Source: Myxococcota bacterium
GTDB lineage: Bacteria; Myxococcota_A; UBA9160; JAFDDA01
Direction of reading: 5' to 3'
Length of the DNA stretch: 64,000 bases
NCBI GenBank assembly: GCA_965228475.1
Contig: OZ245817.1
Location: 2,944,001 to 3,008,000 of the forward strand
Part shown: positions 1-10,237 of the stretch, one piece after another
Position numbering within the stretch: position 1 is the first letter of the stretch
How the letters are laid out: each line of letters opens with the position of its first letter
Translations under genes and position numbers: made by a program
Notes under the pieces: generated by a model
The model's database searches: none
What the model saw: only the letters and a program-made list of their open reading frames with translations
What the model was told of the DNA's origin: nothing

Positions 1-97
1 AGGCATTCTCCCTGTCACGCGAGGCCGAACCGCGACCTCCCGCCCCCTCCCCGAAACGGGGCGGGGCGCCACACCCACCACGGACGACCCACCATCC

Positions 98-1768
98 ATG
101 GACGCCCCTGCCACCCAGTACCAGCTGACGAATCCCTTCGACGCGCCCCCGCCCGGCGACGGCGAGACCGACGCCGCGCCCCAGGGCCTCTACGACGCCG
201 CGCTCGAGCTCGGCCACGAGCTGAACGCGAAGCCCGTCGTCGGCGGCGGCCTCGCGCGCGTCCGCGTGCAGCACGCCAAGCAGCGCATGACGGTGTTCGA
301 GCGGATCGACGTCCTCACGCGCGAGACGCCGAACCTGCTCTGGACCAACTGGGGCCCGGCGCTCGACGGCGCCTCGATCGTGACCGGCATCCTGCGCATC
401 GGCGACCGCGACGTCGCGGTCTACGGCCACGACTTCACCCTGCGTGCCGGCTCCATGGACGCGACCAACGGCGACAAGCTCGCGCGCCTGATCTACATGG
501 CCGGCGAGCGCGGCATCCCGCTGATCGGCATGAACGATTCCGCGGGCGCGTTCGTGCCGGCCGGCGTCGGCGGCCTCGACGGCTACAGCGAAGCGTTCAC
601 CGCGCTCCGCAAGATCTCGGGCGTCGTCCCCTCGATCAGCCTGATGTTCGGGTACAACGCCGGCGGCGGCGCGTACCTGCCGCGCCAGGGATCGTTCATG
701 ATCCAGTGCGAAGACACCTTTACCGGCTTGACCGGCCCCGGCGTCGTGAAGAGCGCGCTCGGCGAGGACGTGACGGCCGACGAGCTCGGCGGCCCCGGCG
801 TGCACGGCCTGAACGGCGTCTGCGACCTCACGACGGCCGACGAACTCGCCTCGCTGCGCACCGCGATCCGCCTGCTCAGCTACCTCCCGGACAACCATCA
901 CAAGACGGCGCCCTTCCAGGAGACCTCGGATCCGCTCGATCGCTTCACCGTCGAAGAGGACATCCTGTTCCGGCGCACGTTCAACTCGCCCGCCGGGATG
1001 AACGCGCCGCTCGACATCACGCTGTTCATCCAGCAGATCTGCGACCACGGCGACTTCTTCGAGCTCCAGCCGGCCCGCGCGCGCAACATGGTGACGGCCT
1101 TCGGGCGCATCGGCGGCCACGTCGTCGGCTTCGTGGCGAACAACTCGGCGGTGGCCTCGGGCCAGATCGACGTCGACGCCGCGCGCAAGGCGACGCGCTT
1201 CATCCGCTTCTGCAACGTCTACAACGTTCCGCTGATCTTCCTCGAGGACACGACGGGCTTCCTGCCCGGCACCGAGCAGGAGAGCCGCGGCATCATCCTC
1301 GAGGGTCGGCGCCTGCTCGACGCGATCATCGACGTGCGCGTGCCCTCGATGACGCTGATCATCCGCAACGCCTTCGGCGGCGCCTACGCCGCCTACAACT
1401 CGCACTTCGTCGGGGCCGACCGGGTCTTCGCCATGCCGCACTCGCGGATCGCGGTCATGGGGCCGGGCGGCGGCACGGAATTCGTCTACAAGGGCGAGAT
1501 CCGGGCGCTCGAAGCCGAGTACCGCAAGGCGATAGAGGACGGCACGCCCGAAGCCGACGCCGTCCGCGCGCGTGACGCCGGCCTCGCCAAGCTCCGCGAT
1601 CAGTACGAGCGCGAGCTGATGAACCCGAAGGAAGCGCTCTCGCTGGGCTCGGTGTCCAGCGTCGTCATCCCAGGAACGAGCCGCCGCGTGCTGGCGCAGA
1701 ACCTCGACTTCCTGATGCGCACCTACACCCCCGGCCCGATGGCCGGCCCGCAGCGGGAGTTCGAATAG
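98..1768 (+). CDS. Acyl-CoA carboxylase, carboxyltransferase subunit
   Basis: Carboxyl_trans motifs [41 protein letters not shown]; overlaps the next gene by 1 nt. Confidence 0.92.
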   Translation: MDAPATQYQLTNPFDAPPPGDGETDAAPQGLYDAALELGHELNAKPVVGGGLARVRVQHAKQRMTVFERIDVLTRETPNLLWTNWGPALDGASIVTGILRIGDRDVAVYGHDFTLRAGSMDATNGDKLARLIYMAGERGIPLIGMNDSAGAFVPAGVGGLDGYSEAFTALRKISGVVPSISLMFGYNAGGGAYLPRQGSFMIQCEDTFTGLTGPGVVKSALGEDVTADELGGPGVHGLNGVCDLTTADELASLRTAIRLLSYLPDNHHKTAPFQETSDPLDRFTVEEDILFRRTFNSPAGMNAPLDITLFIQQICDHGDFFELQPARARNMVTAFGRIGGHVVGFVANNSAVASGQIDVDAARKATRFIRFCNVYNVPLIFLEDTTGFLPGTEQESRGIILEGRRLLDAIIDVRVPSMTLIIRNAFGGAYAAYNSHFVGADRVFAMPHSRIAVMGPGGGTEFVYKGEIRALEAEYRKAIEDGTPEADAVRARDAGLAKLRDQYERELMNPKEALSLGSVSSVVIPGTSRRVLAQNLDFLMRTYTPGPMAGPQREFE

Positions 1769-4515
1769 TGCTCGACCGAAACCTCACCCCCTCCCGGTTC
1801 CAGGACGCCGCGTCCGAGTGGCAGCGCTCGTTCTCCCTCGAATCGCTGAAGGTGCTCGTGGTGTGCCGCGGCCCCGTGCGGCTCGAGGCCTTCGAGATCT
1901 TCGACCGGATCGGCGTCGGCGAGTACGGGATGCTCCTCTCGGAGAAGGACTCGGTCGTCTACCCGCGCTGCCTCGCGCCGGAGCTGCGCACCCTCCGCTT
2001 CCCGAACAACGTCCACCGCGTGGCGGACTACATGGGCGTGGGCCAGGAGGAGAAGCAGGAGCGCATCGCCGAGATCATCGAGATCGCGAAGAGCGAGGGC
2101 TACACGCACTTCTTCGCCGGCTACGGCTTCATGGCCGAGGACGCCGAGTTCATCCAGGCGATCGAGGACGCGAACCTCGGGTTCCTCGGCCCCTGCTCGG
2201 CGGTGGTCCGCCGCGCCGGCGCCAAGGACGAAGCCAAGAAGCTCGCGCGCGAGCTCGGCAACGCCGTCATCCCCGGCGTCGACGACATCTCCTCCCAGGC
2301 GCTCCTGAAGAAGGTCGAAGGCCGCAAGGGGCTCGAGGCGCTCGCCGCAGAGCACGGGCTCTCGTTCTCCTGGGACGACGCCGTCTCGGAGTCCGAGAAC
2401 GCCGAAGCGCTGCTCCAGGCCGGCTACGGCTCGCGCGTCGAGCTCGTCGGGATTCCGGATCTCCAGGCCCAGGCCGAGGCGATCTGCAGCGAGATGTGGG
2501 CCGAGTATCCGAGCAACCGCATCCGCTTCAAGCACATCGGCGGAGGCGGTGGCAAGGGCCAGCGTGTCGTTGCCTCGCCCGAGGAGATCCCGGCCGCGGT
2601 CATGGACATCCTCGCCGAGTCGAAGGTGGTCGAGCCCGGCTCGAACCGGAACTTCCTCGTCGAGCTGAACATCGAGAGCACCCGCCACAACGAGATCCAG
2701 CTGATCGGCAACGGCAGCTGGTGCCTCTCGCTCGGCGGCCGCGACTGCTCCGTGCAGATGCACGAACAGAAGCTCGTCGAGGTCTCGCTCACGAAGGAGC
2801 TGCTCGAGGCCGAGGCCAAGGCGATCGGCGGCAAGGCCCAGGCCATCCTCGAGGGCGACGTCGGCACGCTCGCGCGCATGGAGAGCGAGGGCGAGCGCTT
2901 CGGCGAAGCGACCGGCCTGAACTCCGTCTCGACCTTCGAGTGCATCGTCGAGGGCTTCAACCACTTCTTCATGGAGATGAACACGCGGATCCAGGTGGAG
3001 CACGGCGTCACCGAGCTCGCCTACCGCCTGAAGTTCACGAACCCCGACGACGCCCAGGACTTCTTCTTCGTCGACGAACTGATCGAGGCCATGGCGCTGC
3101 TCGGCCTCCACGGCGAGCGCGTGCCGAAGCCCGAACGCGTCGTGCGCTCGCTCTCGGGCCTCGAGGTCCGGATCAACGCCACGAACCAGGCACTGCAGCC
3201 CCACGCCGGCGGCATGATCCGCAGCTGGACGCCGCCGATCGAGGGCGAGATCCGCTTCGACCAGGGCATCGGCGTCCCGAACCCGGACACCGGCTCCTTC
3301 GTCTACTACAACCTCGCGGGCGCCTACGACTCGAACGTCGCCCTCGTCCTGACCGACGGCCCGACGCGCCACGAGAACTACGAGCGCATGGCCGAGGTGC
3401 TCCGCCGCATGGAGCTCCGCGGCGACGACCTGCAGACGAACCTCGACGTCCACTACGGGCTCATCAACTGGTTCCTCGGCAAGGGCGTGATGGCCGAGCC
3501 GAACACGCGCTTCATGGCATCGTTCCTGGCGGCGGTCGGCGCCCTCCAGCAGGAGGTGAACGGCCTCGACCTCGACCTCGCGGCGAGCGAGATCCTCGGC
3601 CGCCTCGACCACGCCGAAGCCAAGCAGGCCCTCGCCGCGCAGGAGACCCTGCTCAAGCGCCCGCTCGCGAAGCTCTTCGGGCGCCCGCACAGCCTGGCCG
3701 GCTTCCTCGGCCGGTACGACGGCGTGCTCTGGGAGCGCGAAGGCGAAGACCTCCGCTTCGTGAAGACCCCGATCGCGTTCCTCGACGCGCTCTACCTCTA
3801 CCTCGACATGGAGGAGCGGCCCGACGTCTCCCCCTCGGAGAAGATCTGGGACCACGACGAGGAGATCCTCGCCGCCGGCCGTGCCTTCTACCGCACCGTT
3901 GCCGAGCGCACCGGCGCGGCGGACTGGGCCTCGATCGAAGCCCTCTTCGCCTCCGACGACGGCGCCGCGAAGCTCTGCGAAGGCGACGATGCGCTTTGGC
4001 ACCAGTGCCAGGCCAGCCACCGCGGCTTCAGCGTCGGGGCCCCGCTCCTGCTCCTGATTCCCCGCATCGGCATCCGCAGCGAGTTCCTCGACGTCACCGT
4101 GAACGAGGAGCTCGCCTCGGTCTTCCCGGAGCGCTTCCTCGACGCGGAGCGGATGGAGACGGACGCCCGCGCCCTCGCCCCGGCCCCGAAGGCCAGCGCG
4201 GACGAGATCGTGACGCCCATGGGCGGAAACTTCTACGCCCGCGAGGCGCCGCACCTCCCGCTGCTCGTCGAGGAGGGCCAGCACTTCGAGGAAGGCCAGC
4301 CGCTCTTCATCATCGAGGTGATGAAGATGTTCAACAAGGTGGTCGCGCCCTTCGCCGGGACCGTCACCAAGAACCTGATGGCCGACCGCGACGGCGCCGT
4401 CGTCAAGAAGGGCGAGCCGATCCTCAAGATCGAGCCCGACGAGCGCATCGAAGAAGAGTCGCCCGAGGCCCGCGAAGCGCGCATCCGCGCCGCGACGTTG
4501 GCGCTGCTCGACTGA
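1768..4515 (+). CDS. Biotin carboxylase fused to biotin carrier domain (acyl-CoA carboxylase alpha subunit)
   Basis: GYGFMAE, GGGGKG, RDCSVQ, FMEMNTRIQVEH, EVRIN; C-terminal EVMKM biotinylation motif; GTG start. Confidence 0.92.
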   Translation: MLDRNLTPSRFQDAASEWQRSFSLESLKVLVVCRGPVRLEAFEIFDRIGVGEYGMLLSEKDSVVYPRCLAPELRTLRFPNNVHRVADYMGVGQEEKQERIAEIIEIAKSEGYTHFFAGYGFMAEDAEFIQAIEDANLGFLGPCSAVVRRAGAKDEAKKLARELGNAVIPGVDDISSQALLKKVEGRKGLEALAAEHGLSFSWDDAVSESENAEALLQAGYGSRVELVGIPDLQAQAEAICSEMWAEYPSNRIRFKHIGGGGGKGQRVVASPEEIPAAVMDILAESKVVEPGSNRNFLVELNIESTRHNEIQLIGNGSWCLSLGGRDCSVQMHEQKLVEVSLTKELLEAEAKAIGGKAQAILEGDVGTLARMESEGERFGEATGLNSVSTFECIVEGFNHFFMEMNTRIQVEHGVTELAYRLKFTNPDDAQDFFFVDELIEAMALLGLHGERVPKPERVVRSLSGLEVRINATNQALQPHAGGMIRSWTPPIEGEIRFDQGIGVPNPDTGSFVYYNLAGAYDSNVALVLTDGPTRHENYERMAEVLRRMELRGDDLQTNLDVHYGLINWFLGKGVMAEPNTRFMASFLAAVGALQQEVNGLDLDLAASEILGRLDHAEAKQALAAQETLLKRPLAKLFGRPHSLAGFLGRYDGVLWEREGEDLRFVKTPIAFLDALYLYLDMEERPDVSPSEKIWDHDEEILAAGRAFYRTVAERTGAADWASIEALFASDDGAAKLCEGDDALWHQCQASHRGFSVGAPLLLLIPRIGIRSEFLDVTVNEELASVFPERFLDAERMETDARALAPAPKASADEIVTPMGGNFYAREAPHLPLLVEEGQHFEEGQPLFIIEVMKMFNKVVAPFAGTVTKNLMADRDGAVVKKGEPILKIEPDERIEEESPEAREARIRAATLALLD

Positions 4516-4525
4516 GCGGGGCGGG

Positions 4526-5071
4526 ATGAAGCTCCTCGTCATCCTCGGAAGCCTCCGAGCGGCCGCCTTCAGCCGAAAGCTCGGAGAAGCGGTGGTCTCG
4601 CTCGCGCCGGACGGGACGGAGACCGTAACGACGGACGGCGGCGCCCTCCCCCTCTACAACCAGGACCTCGACGGCGAGGAGAAGCCCGCGCCCGTGGCGA
4701 CGCTGCTCGAGCAGGTGACCACGGCGGACGGCATCGTCTTCGTCACGCCCGAGTTCAACTACGGGATCCCGGGCCCGCTGAAGAACCTCATCGACTGGGC
4801 CTCGCGCCCCGCCTACAACTCCCCGCTCAAGGGAAAGCCCTCCCTGATCCTTGCGCACTCGCTCGCGCCCTCCGGCGGAGCACGCGCGCACGTTCAGCTC
4901 TCGAGCGTCCTCGCAGGGACCCTCACCCCGCTCTTCGTGGCGCCCGGCTTCGTGGTCCCCCAGGTGCACGAGAAGTTCGACGCCGAAGGCACGCTCACGG
5001 ACGAGATCACGAAGGCCCGCCTGCAGGGCACGCTCGCGGAGTTCGCGAAATGGGCCGGGAGCCAGGGCTGA
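4526..5071 (+). CDS. NADPH-dependent FMN reductase
   Basis: GSLR, TPEFNYGIPGPLKNLIDWASR, GGARA motifs. Confidence 0.92.
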   Translation: MKLLVILGSLRAAAFSRKLGEAVVSLAPDGTETVTTDGGALPLYNQDLDGEEKPAPVATLLEQVTTADGIVFVTPEFNYGIPGPLKNLIDWASRPAYNSPLKGKPSLILAHSLAPSGGARAHVQLSSVLAGTLTPLFVAPGFVVPQVHEKFDAEGTLTDEITKARLQGTLAEFAKWAGSQG

Positions 5072-5139
5072 GCCGCAGCCTGCGTGCCCACGAGCGACAC
5101 GGCTGCAGCCAGGAAAGCCGACTCTCGCCGCCCCGCGCT

Positions 5140-5379
5140 TCAGCGCGTGACCGCACCGATCGAGACTTCTCCGTCCGGACTTTCCCACTCGTTCAGGTCA
5201 CAGGCGCCGTCGTCGCAGACCACGACGTAGTCGACGCCCTCGCAGGTGAAGTGGCTACGGTCATCCACGCGCGTCACGAAAGTATCCGGACAGAACTCAT
5301 GGGCCGCCTGGTAGGCCGCCTTCTCGTCGGCGAAGTAAGCGCTCAATCCAAGAAAGAAGATGTCCAAAATCAGGGTCAT
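5140..5379 (-). CDS. Small acidic, 4-Cys hypothetical protein
   Basis: 79-aa ORF with GGAG RBS and an upstream ECF-type promoter; divergent from the ECF gene. Confidence 0.55.
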   Translation of the reverse strand: MTLILDIFFLGLSAYFADEKAAYQAAHEFCPDTFVTRVDDRSHFTCEGVDYVVVCDDGACDLNEWESPDGEVSIGAVTR

Positions 5380-5418
5380 GGGTCGTCTCCCGGGCGATGG
5401 CGCAGGCCGCCCTTTTCC

Positions 5419-5493
5419 CCTGAGACGACCGGACCCGGCTCGAGGTCACACGAAAGATTCTTGTGACCTTTGCCGTTCCTGGACCATCTCAGG
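5419..5493. promoter_or_regulatory. Back-to-back ECF-type promoters (TGTGACC-N16-CRTCTCAGG on both strands)
   Basis: + strand TGTGACC 5462-5468 and CATCTCAGG 5485-5493; - strand TGTGACC 5450-5444 and CGTCTCAGG 5427-5419. Confidence 0.6.
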
Positions 5494-5514
5494 AAACGTC
5501 GAGGGGAGGTCTTC

Positions 5515-6216
5515 ATGACCGGAGAACACGGCCTCGAAGCCCTGCCCGGGCCGACCCTGGCAGACGAGGAAGTCATCGCGAGGGTTCGCCGCGGCGAGAC
5601 GGAGCTCTTCGAGCTGTTGATGCGGCGATACAACCAGCGGGTCTATCGCGCGGTGAGGGCCATCCTTCGCGACGGGCCCGATCTCGAGGACATCCTCCAG
5701 CAGGTGTGGCTGAGCGCCTACCTCCACCTCGACCGCTTCGAGGGACGCTCGCGCTTCTCGACGTGGCTTCATCGCATCGCCCAGAATGCCGCGCTCGATC
5801 GCACCCGGCGTCCGGTCCGGCTGGTCGCCGTCGGCGCATCTCCCGAGGCCGGGGATCCGGTAGGTGCACCCGCGGCCGACCCGGAGCGCAGCCTGCTCGC
5901 CCGCGAGCAGGCGCGCGCCATCGAACGGGCGCTCGATGCGCTGCCCGAGTCGCACCGGCGCGTCTTCGTGCTGCGCGAGGTCGAGGGCCTCTCGACGGCC
6001 GAAGTCGCCGAGGCGCTGGGTGTCGGGGAAGGCGCGGTGAAGACCCGCCTCTACCGCGCCCGCGCCGATCTGCGTGAGCGACTCGGCCGGGACGTCGGCG
6101 ACGCGACTAGCCTGGCCTTCCGATTCGGTGGATCCCGATGCGACGCGCTCGTCCGACGGGTGATGGTCCAGCTACCGGGCCTCGAATCCGGCTCGAACGG
6201 CCAGACGGACGCGTAG
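5515..6216 (+). CDS. ECF RNA polymerase sigma-70 factor with C-terminal RCD extension
   Basis: Region 2 (EDILQQVW, FSTWLHRIAQN), region 4 (VFVLREVEGLSTAEVA, VKTRLYRAR), C-terminal AFRFGGSRCD; GGAGG RBS before ATG 5515. Confidence 0.9.
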   Translation: MTGEHGLEALPGPTLADEEVIARVRRGETELFELLMRRYNQRVYRAVRAILRDGPDLEDILQQVWLSAYLHLDRFEGRSRFSTWLHRIAQNAALDRTRRPVRLVAVGASPEAGDPVGAPAADPERSLLAREQARAIERALDALPESHRRVFVLREVEGLSTAEVAEALGVGEGAVKTRLYRARADLRERLGRDVGDATSLAFRFGGSRCDALVRRVMVQLPGLESGSNGQTDA

Positions 6217-6359
6217 AGTGCGCCCGTCGATCCGCGGAGCGCCCGAGCCCGGAACACTGGAGCGGCCTCACCTCCGCGGGTTCCGGGGCTCTCCGACAGG
6301 CCGCGGCCACCGGAGCCGCCGACGTCGCCCACGAATCGACCCGTCCGAGGGTGTCGCTT

Positions 6360-7067
6360 TCATGGAGAACCTGATGAACCGACGGCGCGGCGCTCGCTCC
6401 CCGGCCGGACGTTCCACGTCACGATCGTCGTGACCAAGAAGAACAAAGTGAAGATCGTGGTGCCCCAGGCCGGGCGGACGTAGGCCCCGTAGGGGCCGGG
6501 CAGCATCTCGGCAAGAGGTTGCGTCGCCGGAGCAAGGATCGGGGACAGAATCGCCATCCACCGGCGATAGTGCGTCTTCCGGAACAGCACGACCGCGACG
6601 AACGCAAGCGATCCGACCGGGGCGCTCCAGGTGATGAGCTGGAGGACGGCTTCGTGGTGCGCGTGCATCCGGTCGACCATCGTCGTGAGGCTGCCGGCGA
6701 GTTCGGCCGAAGCGGCCACCTGGGCCTGAAACCCCGCCGCGTAGAGTGCGTAGGACCCGTGGTAGCCCGGGAAGATCGAGAAGGCGTACGCGAGGAAGAG
6801 AACCGGCGGCAGCGCGAACTTCCTCCCCGCCGGTTCGAGGGCCACGTAGACCGGCCAGAAACCGAGGAGCCAGAACGGGATGGCCGCGTTTCCGAGGATG
6901 CTCCCGAGGAAGACCTGGTCGTAGGGCGCTTCGGCGAGCTGGGCGTACGTATTCACCCCAGGGCCCGGTTCGGGCCCGCCTTGCAGCATGTAGTCGGCCA
7001 CGCCGTTGACGATCCCGCCTGCAACGGCCAGCAGGCCCGCGGCGCGGAGAAGGGTCGTTCCCGTCAC
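6360..7067 (-). CDS. Multi-pass membrane protein (DUF6796-like)
   Basis: About 6 hydrophobic segments; GTG start with GGGAG RBS; family assignment from memory. Confidence 0.65.
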   Translation of the reverse strand: MTGTTLLRAAGLLAVAGGIVNGVADYMLQGGPEPGPGVNTYAQLAEAPYDQVFLGSILGNAAIPFWLLGFWPVYVALEPAGRKFALPPVLFLAYAFSIFPGYHGSYALYAAGFQAQVAASAELAGSLTTMVDRMHAHHEAVLQLITWSAPVGSLAFVAVVLFRKTHYRRWMAILSPILAPATQPLAEMLPGPYGAYVRPAWGTTIFTLFFLVTTIVTWNVRPGSERRAVGSSGSP

Positions 7068-7186
7068 GGATGCGATTCTCCCTTCCCATGTGTGCCGGCC
7101 GGGGCGGTCGAGTTCCGCGAAACGACAAGAGCCGGAGAATCCGGAAGCTCCGGAACTCCACTCGCCTCTCCGGCACCCCATGAGCG

Positions 7187-8230
7187 ATGGCGATCCTTCC
7201 GAACACGACCGGGGACGGCGCTGTGCGTTCTCTTCGCGTGCACCTGCTCACTGGCCTGCCTACAGCGTCGATCCGATGCGCCCTCGAGCAGGCCGCCGAG
7301 GCGGTCCCGACGGTGCCCCTGGCGGATCTCTCCGAGGCCGCAGCGGGAGAACCCGACACGATCGGCGTCGTACTCCCGCCCTTCGCGGAGCCTTCCTCCG
7401 TCGCCGAGAGCTGGGCCGAGTGCGACTTCCTCGCGCACCGCTTCGGGCGCCCCGCGCACGTCGCGAGCGTCTCCGCGTTCGTGGACGTCGACCTCGCGGA
7501 CGAGCACCTCGCCTCGAGTTGCTCGCTCGCCTCGCGCGGCTGGGGCCAGAGCCGCTCCGACTCACGCAGCCTCGCCGACATCCTCGTCGGGCAGATCGAG
7601 TCGGCGACACGGCTCGTACTCGTCGGCGCCGCTCCCCCTTCCGAGGCTCTCACGAGACGGCTCCGACTGCTCAACCCGGGAGCGGCCCACGTTGCGGTCG
7701 GCACGGGATCGACCTCCGACCTCGGACCGGATGCTTCCCCGTTCCAGTCGGTCCGGGTCGCCCCACCCTGGCTCGAGGTGCTGCGAGGCGGAGCCGATCC
7801 GGCGCTCCACCCCGAGCTGTTCGTGTACCTCCGCCGGCGTCCGTTCGACGCGGAACGCCTGCAGGAGTGGCTCGCGGATCCGCCGGGGGACCTTCTCCGA
7901 GGCAAGGGGAACGTCTGGCTCGCCGGCGAGCCCGTTCGGAGCTTCGGTTACTCCTGCGCGGGCTCGGTCCATCGGCTCTTCCCGGCCGGCCGGTGGTGGG
8001 CCAGCTACGCCGAAGGCGATTGGCCTCGGTGCGGCTTCGAGCGACGCCGCTTGCTCGAGCGGTGGCATCCGAGCATCGGCGATCGAAGGCAGGAGATCGT
8101 CTTCCTCGGCGTCGACCTCGACGTCGACCGGCTTTGCGCGGGCCTGGACGCATGCCTGGCGGGCGATGAGGCCGTCCAGGAGTTCGTCAGTCGCGGAGCC
8201 TCCTCGGCGAACGGCGCACGGCTTCAATGA
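7187..8230 (+). CDS. COG0523/CobW-like protein with CobW_C domain and degenerate GTPase domain
   Basis: C-terminal FVYLRRRPFDAERL, LLRGKGNVWLA, GDRRQEIVFLG; ILVGQIESA; no Walker A or CxCC visible. Confidence 0.75.
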   Translation: MAILPNTTGDGAVRSLRVHLLTGLPTASIRCALEQAAEAVPTVPLADLSEAAAGEPDTIGVVLPPFAEPSSVAESWAECDFLAHRFGRPAHVASVSAFVDVDLADEHLASSCSLASRGWGQSRSDSRSLADILVGQIESATRLVLVGAAPPSEALTRRLRLLNPGAAHVAVGTGSTSDLGPDASPFQSVRVAPPWLEVLRGGADPALHPELFVYLRRRPFDAERLQEWLADPPGDLLRGKGNVWLAGEPVRSFGYSCAGSVHRLFPAGRWWASYAEGDWPRCGFERRRLLERWHPSIGDRRQEIVFLGVDLDVDRLCAGLDACLAGDEAVQEFVSRGASSANGARLQ

Positions 8231-9474
8231 CCCTCGACTGGCTGATCGTCGGAGGGGGCCCCCATGGAGTTCATACGGCGCTCCGCCTGATCGGCGAGGG
8301 CGGCGTTCCGCGCAGCCAGATCCGGATCCTGGACGATGAGCCGCATCTCCTGGCACGATGGCGGAGGGCGACACGCAACACCGGGATGAGATTCTTGCGC
8401 TCGCCCAGCGTCCACCACCTCGGGCTCTCCTCGGTATCGCTCAACCGATTCGCCGGAGGCCCGGGCCGAAAGGTGAACCGGCCCTTCACGCGCCCCTATT
8501 CCCGGCCCGCGCTCGAGCTCTTCGACCTTCATTGCGATGCCCTGATCGATCGGTACGAGCTCCAGGACCTTCACGTATGGGGGCGCGTCAACCGTCTGGA
8601 TCTCGTGAGTCCGGGCGCCCGGGTGGGCTTCGAGGATCTGGCGGCGGGCGGGCGAACCGGAGAGATCGCGGCGCGGCGCGTCGTCCTGGCCATCGGTGCG
8701 CCGCGAGAACCGGCGTGGCCCGAGTGGGCGCGGCGCGCTGTCGCCGAAGCGACCGAGCCGGAAGCATGTGATCGCATCGGCCACGTCTTCGACCCGGGCT
8801 TCGTGCTCGAGGACGACCCGGACGATTCCATCGTCGCCGTGGTCGGCGCCGGGATCTCCGGCGCGCAGCTCGCGCTTCGGCTGGCTCGGCCGGGACGGCA
8901 GGTCCTCCTGATCTCCCGGCACGCGCTCCGCGTCGAACAGTTCGACAGCGACCCGGGCTGGCAGGGGCCGAAGCACATGGCGGCCTTCGAGAAACTCGAC
9001 GATCGGAATGATCGCCGCGACCGGATCCGCGCGGCGCGGCATCGCGGCTCCATGCCGCCCGACGTGCACTCGGCGCTACGGCGTGCGACCGGCGATGGGA
9101 CGATCGAGTGCATCGAGGGCGCCGAGAAGCTCTCGGCCAGCCTCCCGGGCCAACGGGTTCTCCTCGAGGTCGATGGGCGGAAGGTCGAAGCCGATCGGGT
9201 TCTGCTCGCGACCGGCTTCCCCGGCCACCGACCGGGCGGGCCCTGGCTCGACGAGACCATCGAGGCGTTCGATCTCCCCTGCGCCGGCTGCGGCTATCCG
9301 ATCGTCGATCGCGGGTTGCGCTGGCACCCGAACCTGCTGGTGACGGGCGCACTCGCGGAACTCGAACTCGGGCCGGTCTCGCGAAACCTCTCGGGGGCGC
9401 AGCGCGCAGGAGACCGCATCCTGGCCGTCGCGCGCAGCCGGCGCGCCCGAAAGGCGGAAGGAGGCGATTCGTGA
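8227..9474 (+). CDS. FAD/NAD(P)-binding oxidoreductase
   Basis: IVGGGPHG, VVGAGISG, LLATGF, GMRFLRSP; ATGA overlap with the previous gene. Confidence 0.85.
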   Translation: MTLDWLIVGGGPHGVHTALRLIGEGGVPRSQIRILDDEPHLLARWRRATRNTGMRFLRSPSVHHLGLSSVSLNRFAGGPGRKVNRPFTRPYSRPALELFDLHCDALIDRYELQDLHVWGRVNRLDLVSPGARVGFEDLAAGGRTGEIAARRVVLAIGAPREPAWPEWARRAVAEATEPEACDRIGHVFDPGFVLEDDPDDSIVAVVGAGISGAQLALRLARPGRQVLLISRHALRVEQFDSDPGWQGPKHMAAFEKLDDRNDRRDRIRAARHRGSMPPDVHSALRRATGDGTIECIEGAEKLSASLPGQRVLLEVDGRKVEADRVLLATGFPGHRPGGPWLDETIEAFDLPCAGCGYPIVDRGLRWHPNLLVTGALAELELGPVSRNLSGAQRAGDRILAVARSRRARKAEGGDS

Positions 9475-10163
9475 CGGACTACCGTGGCCTCTACGAGAAC
9501 GATTCCTTCGTCGACGGCTACGTCAAGAACGGACCGCCCGCGTTCATGCCCGGCCACGCGGGGGTCCTTCAGATGGCGGGTATCCTCCTTCGCGAGCATG
9601 CGCCGGCGGACGCGCACGTACTCGTGGTCGGCGCCGGCGGGGGCCTCGACACGCGGGCCCTCGCCGAAGCCCAGCCGAGGTTCCGATTCCTCGGCGTCGA
9701 CCCGGCGCCGCCGATGCTCGACCTTGCCCGGCAGGTGATCGGCACCGAGCTCGGCTCACGGGTCGAGCTGATCGAAGGCGCGATCGACGACGCACCGGCA
9801 GGTCCGTTCGACGCCGCGACCTGCATCCTGGTGCTCGGCGTGATCCCGGACGACGGCTCGAAGCTCGACACCCTGCGCGCGATCCGCAGCCGGCTCCGGC
9901 CGGGCGCGCCCTTCGTGCTCGTCGACCACTGCCTCGACCGCGAAGCGCCCGAGTTCGAACGAAACCTCGAGCGCTATGCCCACTACGCCGTCGCATCCGG
10001 CGTCGAGCCCGAGGTGGTCGGAAACGCGAAGACCCACCTGCGGACGAATTCCGGCCTCATCCCGTGCGAGCGCGAAGAGGCGCTGATCGACGAGGCGGGC
10101 TTCCGGGATCGGGAACGGTTCTACGCTGGGATGGCCTGGCGGGGATGGATCGCGCTCGCATGA
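9471..10163 (+). CDS. Class I SAM-dependent methyltransferase
   Basis: VLVVGAGGG, GVDPAPPML, FDAAT, LRPGAPFV; GTGA overlap. Confidence 0.85.
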   Translation: MTDYRGLYENDSFVDGYVKNGPPAFMPGHAGVLQMAGILLREHAPADAHVLVVGAGGGLDTRALAEAQPRFRFLGVDPAPPMLDLARQVIGTELGSRVELIEGAIDDAPAGPFDAATCILVLGVIPDDGSKLDTLRAIRSRLRPGAPFVLVDHCLDREAPEFERNLERYAHYAVASGVEPEVVGNAKTHLRTNSGLIPCEREEALIDEAGFRDRERFYAGMAWRGWIALA

Positions 10164-10237
10164 ATTCCGGAACACCCAGGTTGCCGAGACGTCCGGGCTT
10201 GAATGTCCAAAGCCGACGCGTCTCGGGAGGAGACATC

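Noticed and set aside
1723..4542. Long antisense and alternate-frame ORFs (e.g. 1723-4542 -, 1818-4529 +, 17410-19953 -, 55554-58484 +, 34871-37258 - upstream part)
   Set aside because: Arg/Pro/Gly-rich shadow ORFs expected at high GC; they overlap well-supported genes.
6207..6750. 13-bp repeat CGCGTAGAGTGCG at ~6209 and ~6738
   Set aside because: One copy lies inside a coding region with no boundary signal; probably chance.
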